Made by a program: the position numbers and the translations under genes. Below, one piece after another: positions 10,050 through 21,212 of a stretch of DNA of 64,000 bases. Under the pieces are notes generated by a model. That model was not told where the DNA came from, did no database searches, and was given only the letters and a program-made list of their open reading frames with translations. The stretch's first letter is position 1. Each line of letters opens with the position of its first letter. The DNA comes from a virus: IMG/VR virus record IMGVR_UViG_3300032163_000004, positions 38,211 through 102,210 of that record. One strand, 5' to 3'.

Positions 10050-10273
10050 TTTTGACTCCTAACTAGTTATTTTATAAAAGCTGGAACCATATACTTGAAC
10101 CCGACTCACACAGGCATATCTGCAGATAAGGTGAAAGTTCCAGCTTTCAATGAAACCAAGGCGGAAATGGAATAGAAATTGCTCGAATTATAAAAATGGT
10201 AACACGAAATCATTGAGGAAAAGAGGTTTCGAACAGTTCTATACATAAACTGCCTTATCTGGAATGAATTTAT

Positions 10274-10780
10274 TTATGGTTTGTTCATCTCTATTGATTT
10301 AACATCAGAATAATCAAAATGCTTTACTAATGTCTTTAAAATCTCTTCATCAATCTCTTTTCTTATCTGTTCAGCAATTGAAGATGTTACCTGATTCATA
10401 AATGATCCTGCTCGCAGCAGTGGCATAGGTATGCTAACCCAATCTTTTCCGTCCCACTCCTTATCATAGAATAGATACATTAAAACAAGCAATATGAGGA
10501 TATCTTTACTAAGACCGTCCTGAGTATAATTAAGCGCAAATTCAATTTGTGCTCTACTAAACAAATTATCCTTCAAACTAAGCAAACTATCTGCTAAAGG
10601 ACCACCAAGGCAATAGAAACTCACTGGATTTTTTAATTTGGCAAACAATGGAGCGTTAAAATCAATCCTTTGGTATGCGAATGATGTACTAGCAAGATCT
10701 ACTTTATCTGGGAATCCAAGCAGCTTCGACTTGTAATACATTTGAAAACATTCATGATTTCTTTTTTCTTCATTATTCAT
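10274..10780 (-). CDS. hypothetical protein
   Basis: 168 aa ORF. Confidence 0.6.
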   Translation of the reverse strand: MNNEEKRNHECFQMYYKSKLLGFPDKVDLASTSFAYQRIDFNAPLFAKLKNPVSFYCLGGPLADSLLSLKDNLFSRAQIEFALNYTQDGLSKDILILLVLMYLFYDKEWDGKDWVSIPMPLLRAGSFMNQVTSSIAEQIRKEIDEEILKTLVKHFDYSDVKSIEMNKP

Positions 10781-11331
10781 TTTAACCTAACTTTGAGCTG
10801 GAGATTATTGACAAAGTCTGTGAACGCTTCCGAATTACACTTGCTATCGTTTCCGCTGATATTTCCAACTACAGAAGCTATTTCTATCCACTCACATGAT
10901 ATCTTAGGAACGAATGAAACAACTCTCCACACTTCCACTTCAATTTCAAGCATTTAGAAACCTCTCCGAACCCGTAAAAGCTATCACTCCCACCATGAAT
11001 CCTACAATCATTTCATACAACTATTCTAATTTGAAAAGTCCCAGAAAATACTGTCCATTAGTTTTTCTTATACTTACTATATATCTTTAATACTGTCTAG
11101 TCTTTCTTCTTCCCATTCATCATACCACCTAACAAACAATACACCAAATCCAAAGAATCCTCCAAGAAATAAAACAATTCCTAATACACTTAAAAATATA
11201 TCCATTACCTTTTATATCCTCCTTTTGAATGCTCTTACTTTACTATCTCATATTAATCTATTCTTCTTTCTCTTTTCTTTGGACTCAACTTTCTTTTGAA
11301 TATGTTCATACTAGTATAAGACTCATCTAAC

Positions 11332-11344
11332 TACATATATTAAT
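11332..11344 (+). promoter_or_regulatory. TACATATATTAAT promoter motif (island 2), back-to-back with a minus-strand AACA element at 11303-11306
   Basis: Exact repeat of the motif at 670. Confidence 0.7.
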
Positions 11345-11383
11345 TCTTGATAGGAATAAAATTCTAGTTGAAAGGAGATAATC

Positions 11384-11707
11384 ATGAGTTGGACAACTGT
11401 TATTCTAGGCACAGTATTTGGTATCGTTTTATCTTGTCTTATACTTATGCCTATCAGAATTAATCGAGTTCATGAACATCATATACAACTTATCAATATT
11501 ATATCCGAAATGAATATGGAAGAAATTAGACGAGGTGCTCCTTATAATGGGTGGAGATACAATGAATTTAAAACAGTACCATACTATAAGCAATTACTAA
11601 TGTTTTGGAAATCATATGATTCTTTTTATACAGACAAAAGATTTTTTGAAGAAATACAACTAAGATTCATTGCCAAGTCAGAACCTGATACGAAATGGGT
11701 GAGTTAA
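11384..11707 (+). CDS. membrane-anchored hypothetical protein, paralog of 17341-17679
   Basis: N-terminal TM, shared WR..EF...Y.K.L.MFW motif. Confidence 0.65.
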   Translation: MSWTTVILGTVFGIVLSCLILMPIRINRVHEHHIQLINIISEMNMEEIRRGAPYNGWRYNEFKTVPYYKQLLMFWKSYDSFYTDKRFFEEIQLRFIAKSEPDTKWVS

Positions 11708-11862
11708 GGAGGAGAAACTATTTATGAGAGTCATTCGTAAACATTGGTATGTCTTTCATTTATGTACTTTTTGTGGACGAATAATTTGGGGTAATGGATT
11801 TTATCGGCATATTAAAGCACACGAAGATAGAAATCCTTTAATTAAGAAAAGGAGGTAACGAT

Positions 11863-12415
11863 ATGAAATTTAAACCAGGAGATAAAGTAATTTGTGTAAA
11901 ACCTACTAAAAGTGATACTAAAAGGTTTTGCTTAGAACGCGGAGAAATTTATACAGTTTCAGAATTCGAAGAGCTTCCTAATGGAAACAATATGGTCATG
12001 CTTCTTGAGAAAGGAGCGGATTATGGTAATTCATTCTTTGCTTCAAGGTTTAAACTTTTTAAGGAGGTGAACTCAAATGAAAGTTAACAAAACAATGAAG
12101 AAGCGTAAATGGATATATGTCATGAAACCATCAAGCTATGAAATATCTTGTGATAAGTGTGGTGGTAATAATATAACATGGAGTGAATTTGAGGGGCTTA
12201 TTTGGTGCCACGATTGTGAAATTGACACTAAAGGAACAGAAGGAATATTTGGAGGACCTATACCACTTGGAGTATCGAAGATATTAGGTATTAGCTTTGA
12301 TCGATTTTACTTAAAAGACTATAGCATAAGAAGAATGAATCTAGTTGGAAACAAAATGATTTGGAAGGAGGTGAAATCAAATGAACAGAGTACAAACAAA
12401 TACACCAAGAAATAA
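11863..12415 (+). other. two hypothetical ORFs (11863-12087; 12077-12415 Zn-ribbon CDKC..CHDC)
   Basis: GGAGG RBS before each. Confidence 0.6.
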
Positions 12416-12611
12416 GAAAGGTAAATCTCATTACTTATATACTATCAGTGATAAGGACATTGCAAAAACAGCTGGGGTTAGTGTAGGAGCAGTTGTAGCA
12501 GCGAGGTTTAGGAAACAACTTACTGACCTTCGATCTATTATCTTATGGGTCAATTTACATAAACTGGTAAGAGAAATGAAAGAGAGAGATATAACGTGTT
12601 TAAAATGGTAA
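12381..12611 (+). CDS. helix-turn-helix DNA-binding protein (putative)
   Basis: SDKDIAKTAGVSVGAV. Confidence 0.5.
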   Translation: MNRVQTNTPRNKKGKSHYLYTISDKDIAKTAGVSVGAVVAARFRKQLTDLRSIILWVNLHKLVREMKERDITCLKW

Positions 12612-12638
12612 GAATAACTAAAGAATTACTTACTCCTT

Positions 12639-12685
12639 AAATTGGGAACTGACTTAACTACTACGTCTCTTCCCAATTTTTTTGT
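12639..12685 (+). terminator. terminator ending island 2
   Basis: AATTGGGAA...TTCCCAATT + T-run. Confidence 0.65.
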
Positions 12686-12700
12686 ATCTTTAAGATACTG

Positions 12701-13297
12701 TCAAAAACACAAAAGCCCATTTAAAACTATTCTTCTTTCTTGTTTTTCATGTTTATTAAACCCTTCTTTTTTCCATTCCCAAACTGCTCTTAAATTTTCA
12801 ATAGCAATAGCATTAATTTCACACTTTGGAACTACCATATAAGCATTATCTGACTTCCTCCATTTAAGCTTATTTCTTTCTTCTAACATAACTGCAGCTC
12901 CAAAAACATCTTGCATATTCCATATCTGAATCATTTTACATATAGGATATAAAGGATCAGGATCTCCAACAAAATAAACTAGATACTCAGGAAAAACATT
13001 CTTCTTTCCCTTAAGTTTTTCTTGTATATTCACTTTCATTTTCCAGAATTCAAGTTGTCTAATTGATACATCATCGTAATGAAATTCTCTACCTCTAACA
13101 GCTACTGTAACAATATCTCCATCTCTTTTAATAAGATAGTCAATATCATATTTTCTATCTAACTCTGTTTCTTCTACACATCTAAATGATTCAACTCTCC
13201 ATTCATTATTTAAGATAGGAAAAACTGCTTTTTGAAATACTAATCTCCATTTCCTCATGTTTTCTTTAGCATCAACAATTATATCTTTCTCATTCAC
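12701..13297 (-). CDS. putative PD-(D/E)XK-like nuclease-fold protein
   Basis: ELDRKYDIDYLI...VAVRGR pattern. Confidence 0.45.
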   Translation of the reverse strand: MNEKDIIVDAKENMRKWRLVFQKAVFPILNNEWRVESFRCVEETELDRKYDIDYLIKRDGDIVTVAVRGREFHYDDVSIRQLEFWKMKVNIQEKLKGKKNVFPEYLVYFVGDPDPLYPICKMIQIWNMQDVFGAAVMLEERNKLKWRKSDNAYMVVPKCEINAIAIENLRAVWEWKKEGFNKHEKQERRIVLNGLLCF

Positions 13298-13301
13298 TAC
13301 A

Positions 13302-13769
13302 TTAATCTCCTTTCGCTTTTCTTTGATTTGTTCTACTAATAATCGATACTGCTCTTTCTATATCATCCTTAGTTAAACCATTATCATAGTTGGTTTGGAC
13401 AAGACGATCCATAAATGGTTTCATATCATCTTCATCATCAATGATAACAAAAGAATCAATATCCTTCTCAGTTTTCTTTAACCATTTATCAATCTCTTCT
13501 CCACGAGAGGTTACTCGAGGTTCACCTAAAAGGTCTGGAGTTGCTCCAATAATACATCTTGGATACTTTAATCCTGCATTAATAAGTATTTGTCTCAAGT
13601 CTACCATTGGATAAAGAGTTCTCCACTGACTAGTAATCACAATCTTAGATCCTGAACGTTCTACTAATGAATTCAAATTCTCTACACATTCTTTTGAAAG
13701 ATATAAGAGTGATTCAGGATCAGTAAACTTGTTTAATACTCCATCGAAGTCAAGAAAAATTACCTTCAT
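13302..13769 (-). CDS. HAD-family phosphatase, Swiss Army Knife RNA-repair-like (HAD_SAK_2)
   Basis: KVIFLDFDGVLN, ITSQWR, RGEEI..WL, FVIIDD motifs. Confidence 0.85.
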   Translation of the reverse strand: MKVIFLDFDGVLNKFTDPESLLYLSKECVENLNSLVERSGSKIVITSQWRTLYPMVDLRQILINAGLKYPRCIIGATPDLLGEPRVTSRGEEIDKWLKKTEKDIDSFVIIDDEDDMKPFMDRLVQTNYDNGLTKDDIERAVSIISRTNQRKAKGD

Positions 13770-14035
13770 TTGGTTTCTCTTCTCCCTCTTTTCTTTGGTT
13801 CCTTTCTAACTACAGGTTCAGAAACCTCTTCTGTTTCCTTACTATATTTTTTTTCAATAACTTCAATTAAAACTAGTGTGGTCTTTCTAATACGACCTAG
13901 ATTATAATCTTCTTGTAATTGACTTTTTAATTCCTCCCACATTTTTTTATACTGTATCATTTTTTATTCTCCTTTTCTTTGGTTTAAACTTTGCTTTACT
14001 AGTATTTTGTTCACAACTAATATAAGACTATCTAC

Positions 14036-14048
14036 TACATATATTAAT
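14036..14048 (+). promoter_or_regulatory. TACATATATTAAT promoter motif (island 3); minus-strand AACA-N6-TA at 14008-14011
   Basis: Exact repeat of motif. Confidence 0.7.
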
Positions 14049-14085
14049 ACTTGATAGGAAAGATCAATTACTTTTTTAAAGGGAG

Positions 14086-15993
14086 GTGAATAAAGTGAAA
14101 AAGAAAATCGCTGAAATAGTAGAATTGTTGATGAAGGCTAAGGAAGCCTATTACAATGATGTACCAATTATGTCTGATGAAGAGTTTGATAGAATGGAAG
14201 ATGAGTTACGAGATCTTGATCCGGAAAATTCTTACTTCTCCATTGTTGGAACTCAAGTTACTAGTAGAGTAAAAGTTCGCCATGAAATTCCTATGTTATC
14301 TTGTGACAAAGCCAAAAATATTGAGGGCGCTTTGCAATGGCTCCAGAAGCTAGGTTTGGAAGACGAATCTATAGTAATAGAACCAAAGATAGATGGTCTA
14401 TCCTGTTCTCTCCTTTATGAGAAGGGGAAGTTAGTTAGGATAGCCACAAGGGGAGATGGATACATAGGTCAGAACATTACTCACATAGTCAATTTTGTTA
14501 AAAGTATTCCCAAAAAAATAACCTATCAGGAACTTGGCACTAAGGAAGTTCGTGGAGAACTTTATCTTCCAAAGAAAACTAATCTATCGAATCCTGATGA
14601 AAAACCTTTGAGGAGTTTGGCTGTCGGTCTTATTAATCGAAAAGACTCTAACTTAGAAGATTTAGGATTTCTTCATTTTGTAAGCTATCAGCTTTTGGGG
14701 ACCGATTTCCAATATGAAGATGAAAAGCTGGATGTTCTTTATTCTAACAAATTTGAAGTTATTGATTTTGTAGTTATACCTACTAAAAATACTTTGGAAG
14801 AATATTATAATAAGTATCTTAATGAACTTCGGGAAAAATGGAGTTATGAAACTGATGGGTTAGTCCTTGTTGTTAGAGATACCAAAAAGTGGAGTGATCT
14901 TGATTCAAAGTATGTAGTTCGTCATCATCATTTCTATAATATAGCTTTTAAAGCTCCTTCTCTAAGTAAAGAAACCATTCTTGAAAATATAGAATGGAAT
15001 GTAAGTAGATTTGGAAATGTCATCCCGGTTGCTATTGTGAAAGCCGTTATTATTGGAGGAACTTCTATCACCAGAAGCTCTTTAAATAATGTGGAATATG
15101 TAGAAGAATTAGGTTTGAGGGTTGGGGACAGAGTAGTAATTGAAAGAGCTAATGATGTGATTCCATATTTTAAAGAGAATCTAAGTAAGACTGAAAGAAG
15201 TAGAAGTAAAGGTTCTTTAAAATGGGAAAATGAAGAAGAGCTGTTGTCTTTCTTAGGTCCAGATAATTTTTTAATTCCGGAAAAATGTCCTTCATGTAAG
15301 GGGGTTTTAGAAAAAGTAGGTGTTCATTTAGTTTGCCTATCTAAAGAATGTCCGGAGAAGTTGATAAGACAAATTCTTCATTGGGTTCAAAAGTGTGAGA
15401 TGGATGGATTATCAGAATCCTTTGTAAGAAAGCTGGTTGAATCAAAAAGGATTTCTTCTATCAAAGACCTCTATCTATTGAGAGAAAAGGATTTTGAAGG
15501 GATAGATGGGTTTGGCCTAAAGAAGACAAAGAATGCCCTTGAGCAGATAGAGACATCTACTAAAATGTCTTTACGTCAGTTTGTTGTTAGACTTGGCATT
15601 CCAATGGTAGGTGAGAGGGCAATGGAGAAATTGGGCATAAATAACATCTATGAACTTTTCTCCTATAAGAGTAATGACTATGTAATAAGTCATGCCTTGG
15701 AAGACTTTATAAGATGTAATAAAGTCATGATCGAAGACCTTTTGGAGGTAATTGACGTATCGCCTGAAACTCCTAAGAAGCAAGGGGTGTTAAGAATTTG
15801 TATGACCGGTACGGGACCTAAGTCAAGGAAAGAACTGATAGCTAAAATTGAAAGGGCGGGTAATACTTTCGTAGATCATGTCAGTAAAGAAACAGACATC
15901 TTGGTGTGTGAAGATGTAAACGGATCTTCAAGCAAGTTATCAAAGGCTGCGAAACTCGGTGTGAAACTTGTAAACTATCAAGACTTCTTTTAG
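14086..15993 (+). CDS. ligA: NAD-dependent DNA ligase
   Basis: AYY...MSDEEFD, EPKIDGLS adenylation motif, TRGDG, EVRGE, TDGLV, OB fold, Zn finger CPSC, HhH, C-terminal BRCT. Confidence 0.96.
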   Translation: MNKVKKKIAEIVELLMKAKEAYYNDVPIMSDEEFDRMEDELRDLDPENSYFSIVGTQVTSRVKVRHEIPMLSCDKAKNIEGALQWLQKLGLEDESIVIEPKIDGLSCSLLYEKGKLVRIATRGDGYIGQNITHIVNFVKSIPKKITYQELGTKEVRGELYLPKKTNLSNPDEKPLRSLAVGLINRKDSNLEDLGFLHFVSYQLLGTDFQYEDEKLDVLYSNKFEVIDFVVIPTKNTLEEYYNKYLNELREKWSYETDGLVLVVRDTKKWSDLDSKYVVRHHHFYNIAFKAPSLSKETILENIEWNVSRFGNVIPVAIVKAVIIGGTSITRSSLNNVEYVEELGLRVGDRVVIERANDVIPYFKENLSKTERSRSKGSLKWENEEELLSFLGPDNFLIPEKCPSCKGVLEKVGVHLVCLSKECPEKLIRQILHWVQKCEMDGLSESFVRKLVESKRISSIKDLYLLREKDFEGIDGFGLKKTKNALEQIETSTKMSLRQFVVRLGIPMVGERAMEKLGINNIYELFSYKSNDYVISHALEDFIRCNKVMIEDLLEVIDVSPETPKKQGVLRICMTGTGPKSRKELIAKIERAGNTFVDHVSKETDILVCEDVNGSSSKLSKAAKLGVKLVNYQDFF

Positions 15994-16017
15994 AAAGGAG
16001 AAGGAGGTAAAATCAAA

Positions 16018-17323
16018 ATGTCAAAGTTAAAATACTTACGGATATCTAGAACAATGAGTGAAATAAATGAAGAAGTAGAAAAGATTAATCTTCAAGTTGA
16101 GGGTATTAATGTTGCTGATATGATAGCAGCTACTACTGTAATGACATTTTGTGACTGGCTTTGTGGATTATCAGACATGACTATGTCAAGTCTTTTAGCC
16201 TTAGCAAAGTGTGGTGAAAATGCGTTAAAGAAAGGAGTTCCACCTCAGGATGTTAATTCATTTGTTCTCGATAAAATAAATAAAATGTATTTAAAGAGTG
16301 AAATCAAAGAGTAGTTATATTTTAGTATCAAATAGTAAATAATCCAAAATCCAACTCTGCGAAAGGAGAGAAAAAATGTTCACAAAAATAATTGAATTGT
16401 TTACAAATTTGACAATGCTTGCTCTGATTGTACTATCCCTACTATTAGTTTGGAAGGTAGGACTTCAGTTCGGCACTTGGTAAGAATGGAGGAGACAAGA
16501 TGGAGAAACTATACTATGCTGAAACTGGTTTAGGATGTTGTATTCGTGAAGCAGAAACACTTAATCTTGCCAGATCACTTGTGTTGAGGGAGGCTGGAAC
16601 TTGTTCTGGCATTTCTCTTATTCGTAAGGCTACTGAAAAGGATGTTGAATGGGTACGTGCAATGGGAGGTTATGTACCTGAAGTCAAGAAAAAGGAGATG
16701 AAACTATGAACTGTAAAAAGTGTGGTGAAGATATTACTTTTTATGTATTTGGTATGCCAGATGATATATGCTACGGTTGTTTAACTTCAAAAGAAAAGGG
16801 TGAAGTAGTAGGAATAAATGTTGGAATTACAAGAGAACGAATACAAGAAGATGAACTTGAAGGAGGAGAACTCAAATGTTAAAGATTAAAGAGATGTTTG
16901 CATTTGTAGCAAAAGAGAGAAAAGGTGAAGGAGTTATGGCGTCCGAAATGGTTATTGATGGAAGACTTATGTTTGTTCCGCTAGTCGGAGCAGATATTGC
17001 AAGAGTTGATTCTCTTCGACGGAAAGCAGATGAAATTTCTAGGATAACAGGAAAGCCATATAAGATTCTCCATTTTAAACTTGTAGGAGAAATTCCAAGG
17101 AGGTGAAATTATGGACGAAAGAGTTATAGTTACAAAACCTATTGTTGGAATATGTCATATGCAAGTATGTGTTGTTGAAGATGCTTCTGATGAAGAAATC
17201 ATTGATACATGTAATAAAGAAAATCCAAGTGGAACAACTGGAGGTTGGAAGCAAGTTGAAAGATATGATGTAGTTTCTTGTGATAAGTATCCAGGAAGAA
17301 ATCATATGTGTGTTGTTTGTTGA
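16018..17323 (+). other. small hypothetical ORFs (16018-16314, 16500-16709, 16876-17106, 17111-17323)
   Basis: Each preceded by GGAG(G). Confidence 0.6.
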
Positions 17324-17340
17324 TATTTTAAAAGGAAGGA

Positions 17341-17679
17341 GTGATTATGTATTACTTTGATACAAAAGCATATCAGTTAAAACTGCCAGATATTTCCCAG
17401 TATATGCCTATTATAAGTATACTTTGTGTTGTTTTAGCACTTGTTTGTCTGGTACTTTTAATTGTTTCATCAATGATCTATCGTAGAAACGATAAAGTAT
17501 ATTCCTTTAGACTTTCTCTTGTGAATACTATCTTTGAGAAATCTAAAGTAGATGAATTCAAAGATTATGAGTGGAGATTAAAAGAATTTGATAGTATCTC
17601 CTACAGAAAAATGCTCTATATGTTTTGGAGGCGTTTAAAACCAGAAAACTTTTATAAGAACCTTGACTTTTTAGCTTAG
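17341..17679 (+). CDS. membrane-anchored hypothetical protein, paralog of 11384-11707
   Basis: TM segment plus WR..EF...Y.K.L.MFW. Confidence 0.65.
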   Translation: MIMYYFDTKAYQLKLPDISQYMPIISILCVVLALVCLVLLIVSSMIYRRNDKVYSFRLSLVNTIFEKSKVDEFKDYEWRLKEFDSISYRKMLYMFWRRLKPENFYKNLDFLA

Positions 17680-17907
17680 GGAATAAGGTTTGCTAATATT
17701 TCAGTTGTAAGAAAGGAGAGGGTTGATTGTGTCTCTAAAAGATTTAAAAGATTTTTGGTGGGAATCACCTCTAAAAGAAGAACCACCTCTAGTTAATAAC
17801 GAGGAAGGTAATAAAGCGTTCTGTATTGCATTTATCATTGCTTTAATTCTTGTAGTCATCTTCATTGTAATAGAAAAAATCTTTCTAAAATAAGGAGGGG
17901 TAACTTA

Positions 17908-18342
17908 ATGGAAAAAGTCAAAGAAAAGAACAATATGTTTTGGAACCAAACCTTCGTTTTCATCATCACTGAAATATTTGGAGAGCAGGTATTAAAAGAC
18001 TATCTCAAAGATGCTAAATTAGATTCTATTAAAAATGGAGAAACAGTAATTGATAATGTTTCTTTAGATGAGTATGAAAAGAACCTCTATAAATATATAG
18101 ATGCAGTATATTCGTATCTGGAGAAGAATAAGAGGAGAATTCCCTCTGGTGAGTTAGAAGCAAAGGGAAGGGCTGTTAGTGGTCTAAGTGATATTTGGTG
18201 GGCTCTCGTGAAACTAAGTCATTCAGACCTGCAAGATTATGAATCTATTGGTGTACGAGAAGACTTTAAAGTGATATATAGAGATAGACGTCCAGGACCT
18301 TTGGACATGTTAAATTCAATTCTTAGAGGAAATACTGATTAA
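17908..18342 (+). CDS. hypothetical protein
   Basis: 144 aa, AAGGAGG RBS. Confidence 0.7.
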   Translation: MEKVKEKNNMFWNQTFVFIITEIFGEQVLKDYLKDAKLDSIKNGETVIDNVSLDEYEKNLYKYIDAVYSYLEKNKRRIPSGELEAKGRAVSGLSDIWWALVKLSHSDLQDYESIGVREDFKVIYRDRRPGPLDMLNSILRGNTD

Positions 18343-18354
18343 ATAGTCTTCTCT

Positions 18355-18387
18355 TAGGGGATATCAATTTGTCCCCTATTTTTTTTG
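18355..18387 (+). terminator. terminator ending island 3
   Basis: TAGGGGATA...TGTCCCCTA + T-run. Confidence 0.75.
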
Positions 18388-18409
18388 TCTGCTTAGGTAC
18401 ACTTCTTCT

Positions 18410-18751
18410 TTATAAACTTGTTACCTTTCCATGTTTTATAGGTCTTTTTTTATTCTTATTTACTTTCTTTGAGACTTCTCTATCAATATCTATTCCACAT
18501 GATCTAGCTATATCAAGTAACCTAATGATAGTATCTGCTAGTTCTTCTTTAAAGTTACCAAAATCGTTATGTCTAACTGCTTCTGCTGCTTCACTTAGTT
18601 CTGTTACAACTAACATAAGCTTTCCTAACATTAAATCTCCCTTACTTGCAGATCTATTAGAATCAGCTTCAACATCTGGACTTATTCCATCTGGAGTATA
18701 AAATCCTTTCTTAATTCTCCATTCTTTAATTCTATCACCGATGTCATTCAT
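18410..18751 (-). CDS. MazG-like nucleotide pyrophosphohydrolase
   Basis: ELSEAAEA...EELADTIIRLLD. Confidence 0.85.
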   Translation of the reverse strand: MNDIGDRIKEWRIKKGFYTPDGISPDVEADSNRSASKGDLMLGKLMLVVTELSEAAEAVRHNDFGNFKEELADTIIRLLDIARSCGIDIDREVSKKVNKNKKRPIKHGKVTSL

Positions 18752-18811
18752 CTTATCCTCCTTTCTCTTTTTCTTTTAAAGTATGTTCACATTAGTATAT
18801 AACTATTCCAT

Positions 18812-18824
18812 TACATATATTAAT
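18812..18824 (+). promoter_or_regulatory. TACATATATTAAT promoter motif (island 4); minus-strand AACA at 18784-18787
   Basis: Exact repeat of motif. Confidence 0.7.
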
Positions 18825-19167
18825 TACTGAAGGGATAAAATTTTGGTTGAAAGGAGACAATTAAATGATTCCATACAATTGGTCAAGTGAAGAAGAGATT
18901 TGTGTGAATAAAATTCTTCAATTAATTAGTGCTCTTAATATCAAATTATATGTAACTCCCACTACTCCAAATGAAAAAGACACGGTAACATTGAAATCTG
19001 CTTTCTCGAAAATGACGTCATCAGTAATTGAAAGAAAAATAAAGGAATTGGTAATTTCCATAGGGATCAAGGAATAAAATATTTCTTTAAAGATCTATAT
19101 CTAACTTTTAGAAACAATCATCCGTGGTCTTATAGAAGGCTTATGAAACGAAAGGAGATAATAAATC

Positions 19168-19572
19168 ATGATAAGAGACATCATTGTAACTACACCTAAA
19201 ACTCAAATGAAAATTGCTGAACAGGAAGCCCTTGAATGTCTTGAAGCAATTCAAAATGGTGAAGGGGCAGCATATTTTAGAACATTCTCAAGGAAACCGA
19301 AAGATTTAGATATCGGTAGTCGTATCTTTTATGTTGAAGATGGTTTCATTCGAGGTTTTAATACAGTCGAAAAAATTGGTAAAGGAAATATGCAATGTAG
19401 TACAACAGGTAAAAATTGGAAAGGTGAGTGTTACGTTATAATGCCAGCTCAAAATTGGAAATGGATCAAACCAATTGTAATGAAAGGTTTTCAAGGATAT
19501 CATTATTTTCAAGCAACAAAAGATATGAAAATCGTAGGAGACTGGTTAGATCCTAAACCTAAAACTTTCTAG
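19168..19572 (+). CDS. ASCH/PUA-like domain protein (putative)
   Basis: GSRIFYVEDGFIRG...KPIVMKGFQG. Confidence 0.45.
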   Translation: MIRDIIVTTPKTQMKIAEQEALECLEAIQNGEGAAYFRTFSRKPKDLDIGSRIFYVEDGFIRGFNTVEKIGKGNMQCSTTGKNWKGECYVIMPAQNWKWIKPIVMKGFQGYHYFQATKDMKIVGDWLDPKPKTF

Positions 19573-19578
19573 AAGCAA

Positions 19579-20326
19579 ATGAAAAAGTTAGTCCAACTAG
19601 AACTAGACGAGGAGGGGAAGAAGATGAGAAGACTAACGTTGATTCAAGCCAACGAAATCGAAGATGAAATACGAAGGCTGGAAGCAGATCCGACAGTAGA
19701 CAAACATGAGATACGTTTGTTTATGCAAACACCAATGCCTTGCGGTCATGCAGCGGGAAATCTTCTAACCTGCGATGATCCACCTTACGGATGCGTAATC
19801 TGTGGAGAACCTAAAGAAGAAAAGAGGGAAGACTAATGACATCATCTACAGAACTTCAAAGACTATTTAAGAAGTACGATATCACATCTAGAAAACATGA
19901 GGGGATAAGAGGAGATGAAATATATAACTGGGGAGTCTTTCATAAAGGACAACCAGTAGTATCATGTTTAACTAAACAACAAGTTGTTTACTACAAAAAA
20001 CATGTTCTAGAGAAACTTATGAGAAAGGAGAAATTAAAATGATAACAAAATCTCAACGAGATGAAGATGCGAATTTTGAACTATTAAAACATTTCTTCTG
20101 GCGCTATCTCAGGTGGGATCAGCGTATCATTATTCTTGTTCGAGCTGCAGTAATAGGAGCTACGAAAAATCGACTTCCACAAACGATTGAACACAATGCT
20201 TTATTGCGAGCGAAAGAAGCTGGGAAGCTTGTGTCAGTTTGGGATGATATTATGTTTTTTATCCCTCAGGAAAAGAGGATGCCAAATCCATTTGAAAAGG
20301 AGGTAACTAAAAATGGCCTTAAGTAA
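19579..20326 (+). other. hypothetical ORFs 19579-19836, 19836-20042 (paralog of 22553-22750), 20039-20326
   Basis: Overlapping start/stop codons. Confidence 0.6.
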
Positions 20327-21074
20327 TTGGGATACACTAACAATAGATCTTGATGGTAATGCAATTGATGGTGTTTTTACTAGTCCAAAGAGTAGGGTCC
20401 AAGTAGAGATTTATAAGAACTGGATTCACATTCAAGATCCGAAAGGGTGGCATGGTGGTGGAAGTTTTGCATCATATGTAGTTGCTCAAATTCAACACGG
20501 CAGTTTAGTATATCACGATGTGAACATTGAAGCAATTCGAGGTCCTCAAAATGGTATTTATATCGTTTGTTGGACAGTAGAATGGATAAAAATACCACCC
20601 TCAGTGCAGACTAGAATGAACTTTCCTAAAGAAGAAGGGAAAACAGAACCGAACTACCATGGAATGATTGGTTGTGGTGTCTATGGATTCGAAGGAGGAG
20701 AATGGGTTGGAGTAAAAAAAGAGAGCCTTGAGTTTTTAAAGAACTGGGTTTCCAAGAAAGAACCAATATGGGATGAAGAAGATCTTGAATGGACAGTAGA
20801 AAGTTTTAAAGAAGCTATCCAAGATAGAAGTAAAATGCCAGAGAGTGATATTCGAGATATGACTCCAGAACAGTACAAAGAATACTTAAAGTCGAAAACT
20901 CAATATGTTTTTGAAGAAAGAATTGCAACAGTAGATTTTTCTAAAGCTGTTCGCTTCTGTCAAGGTGATGAATATTTTGAAGGTAAATTAGGAGTAGATA
21001 AAAACGCTACTGCAGTAGGGCAAGCTGAAGAACCAATCTTTTTAAAGATGTTAGGAAAGGAGGAGGAGAAATGA
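20313..21074 (+). CDS. hypothetical protein
   Basis: 253 aa, AAGGAGG RBS. Confidence 0.75.
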   Translation: MALSNWDTLTIDLDGNAIDGVFTSPKSRVQVEIYKNWIHIQDPKGWHGGGSFASYVVAQIQHGSLVYHDVNIEAIRGPQNGIYIVCWTVEWIKIPPSVQTRMNFPKEEGKTEPNYHGMIGCGVYGFEGGEWVGVKKESLEFLKNWVSKKEPIWDEEDLEWTVESFKEAIQDRSKMPESDIRDMTPEQYKEYLKSKTQYVFEERIATVDFSKAVRFCQGDEYFEGKLGVDKNATAVGQAEEPIFLKMLGKEEEK

Positions 21075-21212
21075 ATAAAGATATGGATATTTATTTTGGG
21101 ACAGATGAGCATTATGAATATAAAGATGTCCCTGAAGTGGTAAGAGATAGAGTTGACGATCTTTTAGAGCCATATAGAATTAAAATAGAAGAGGAGAAAG
21201 GAGATTAGAATC

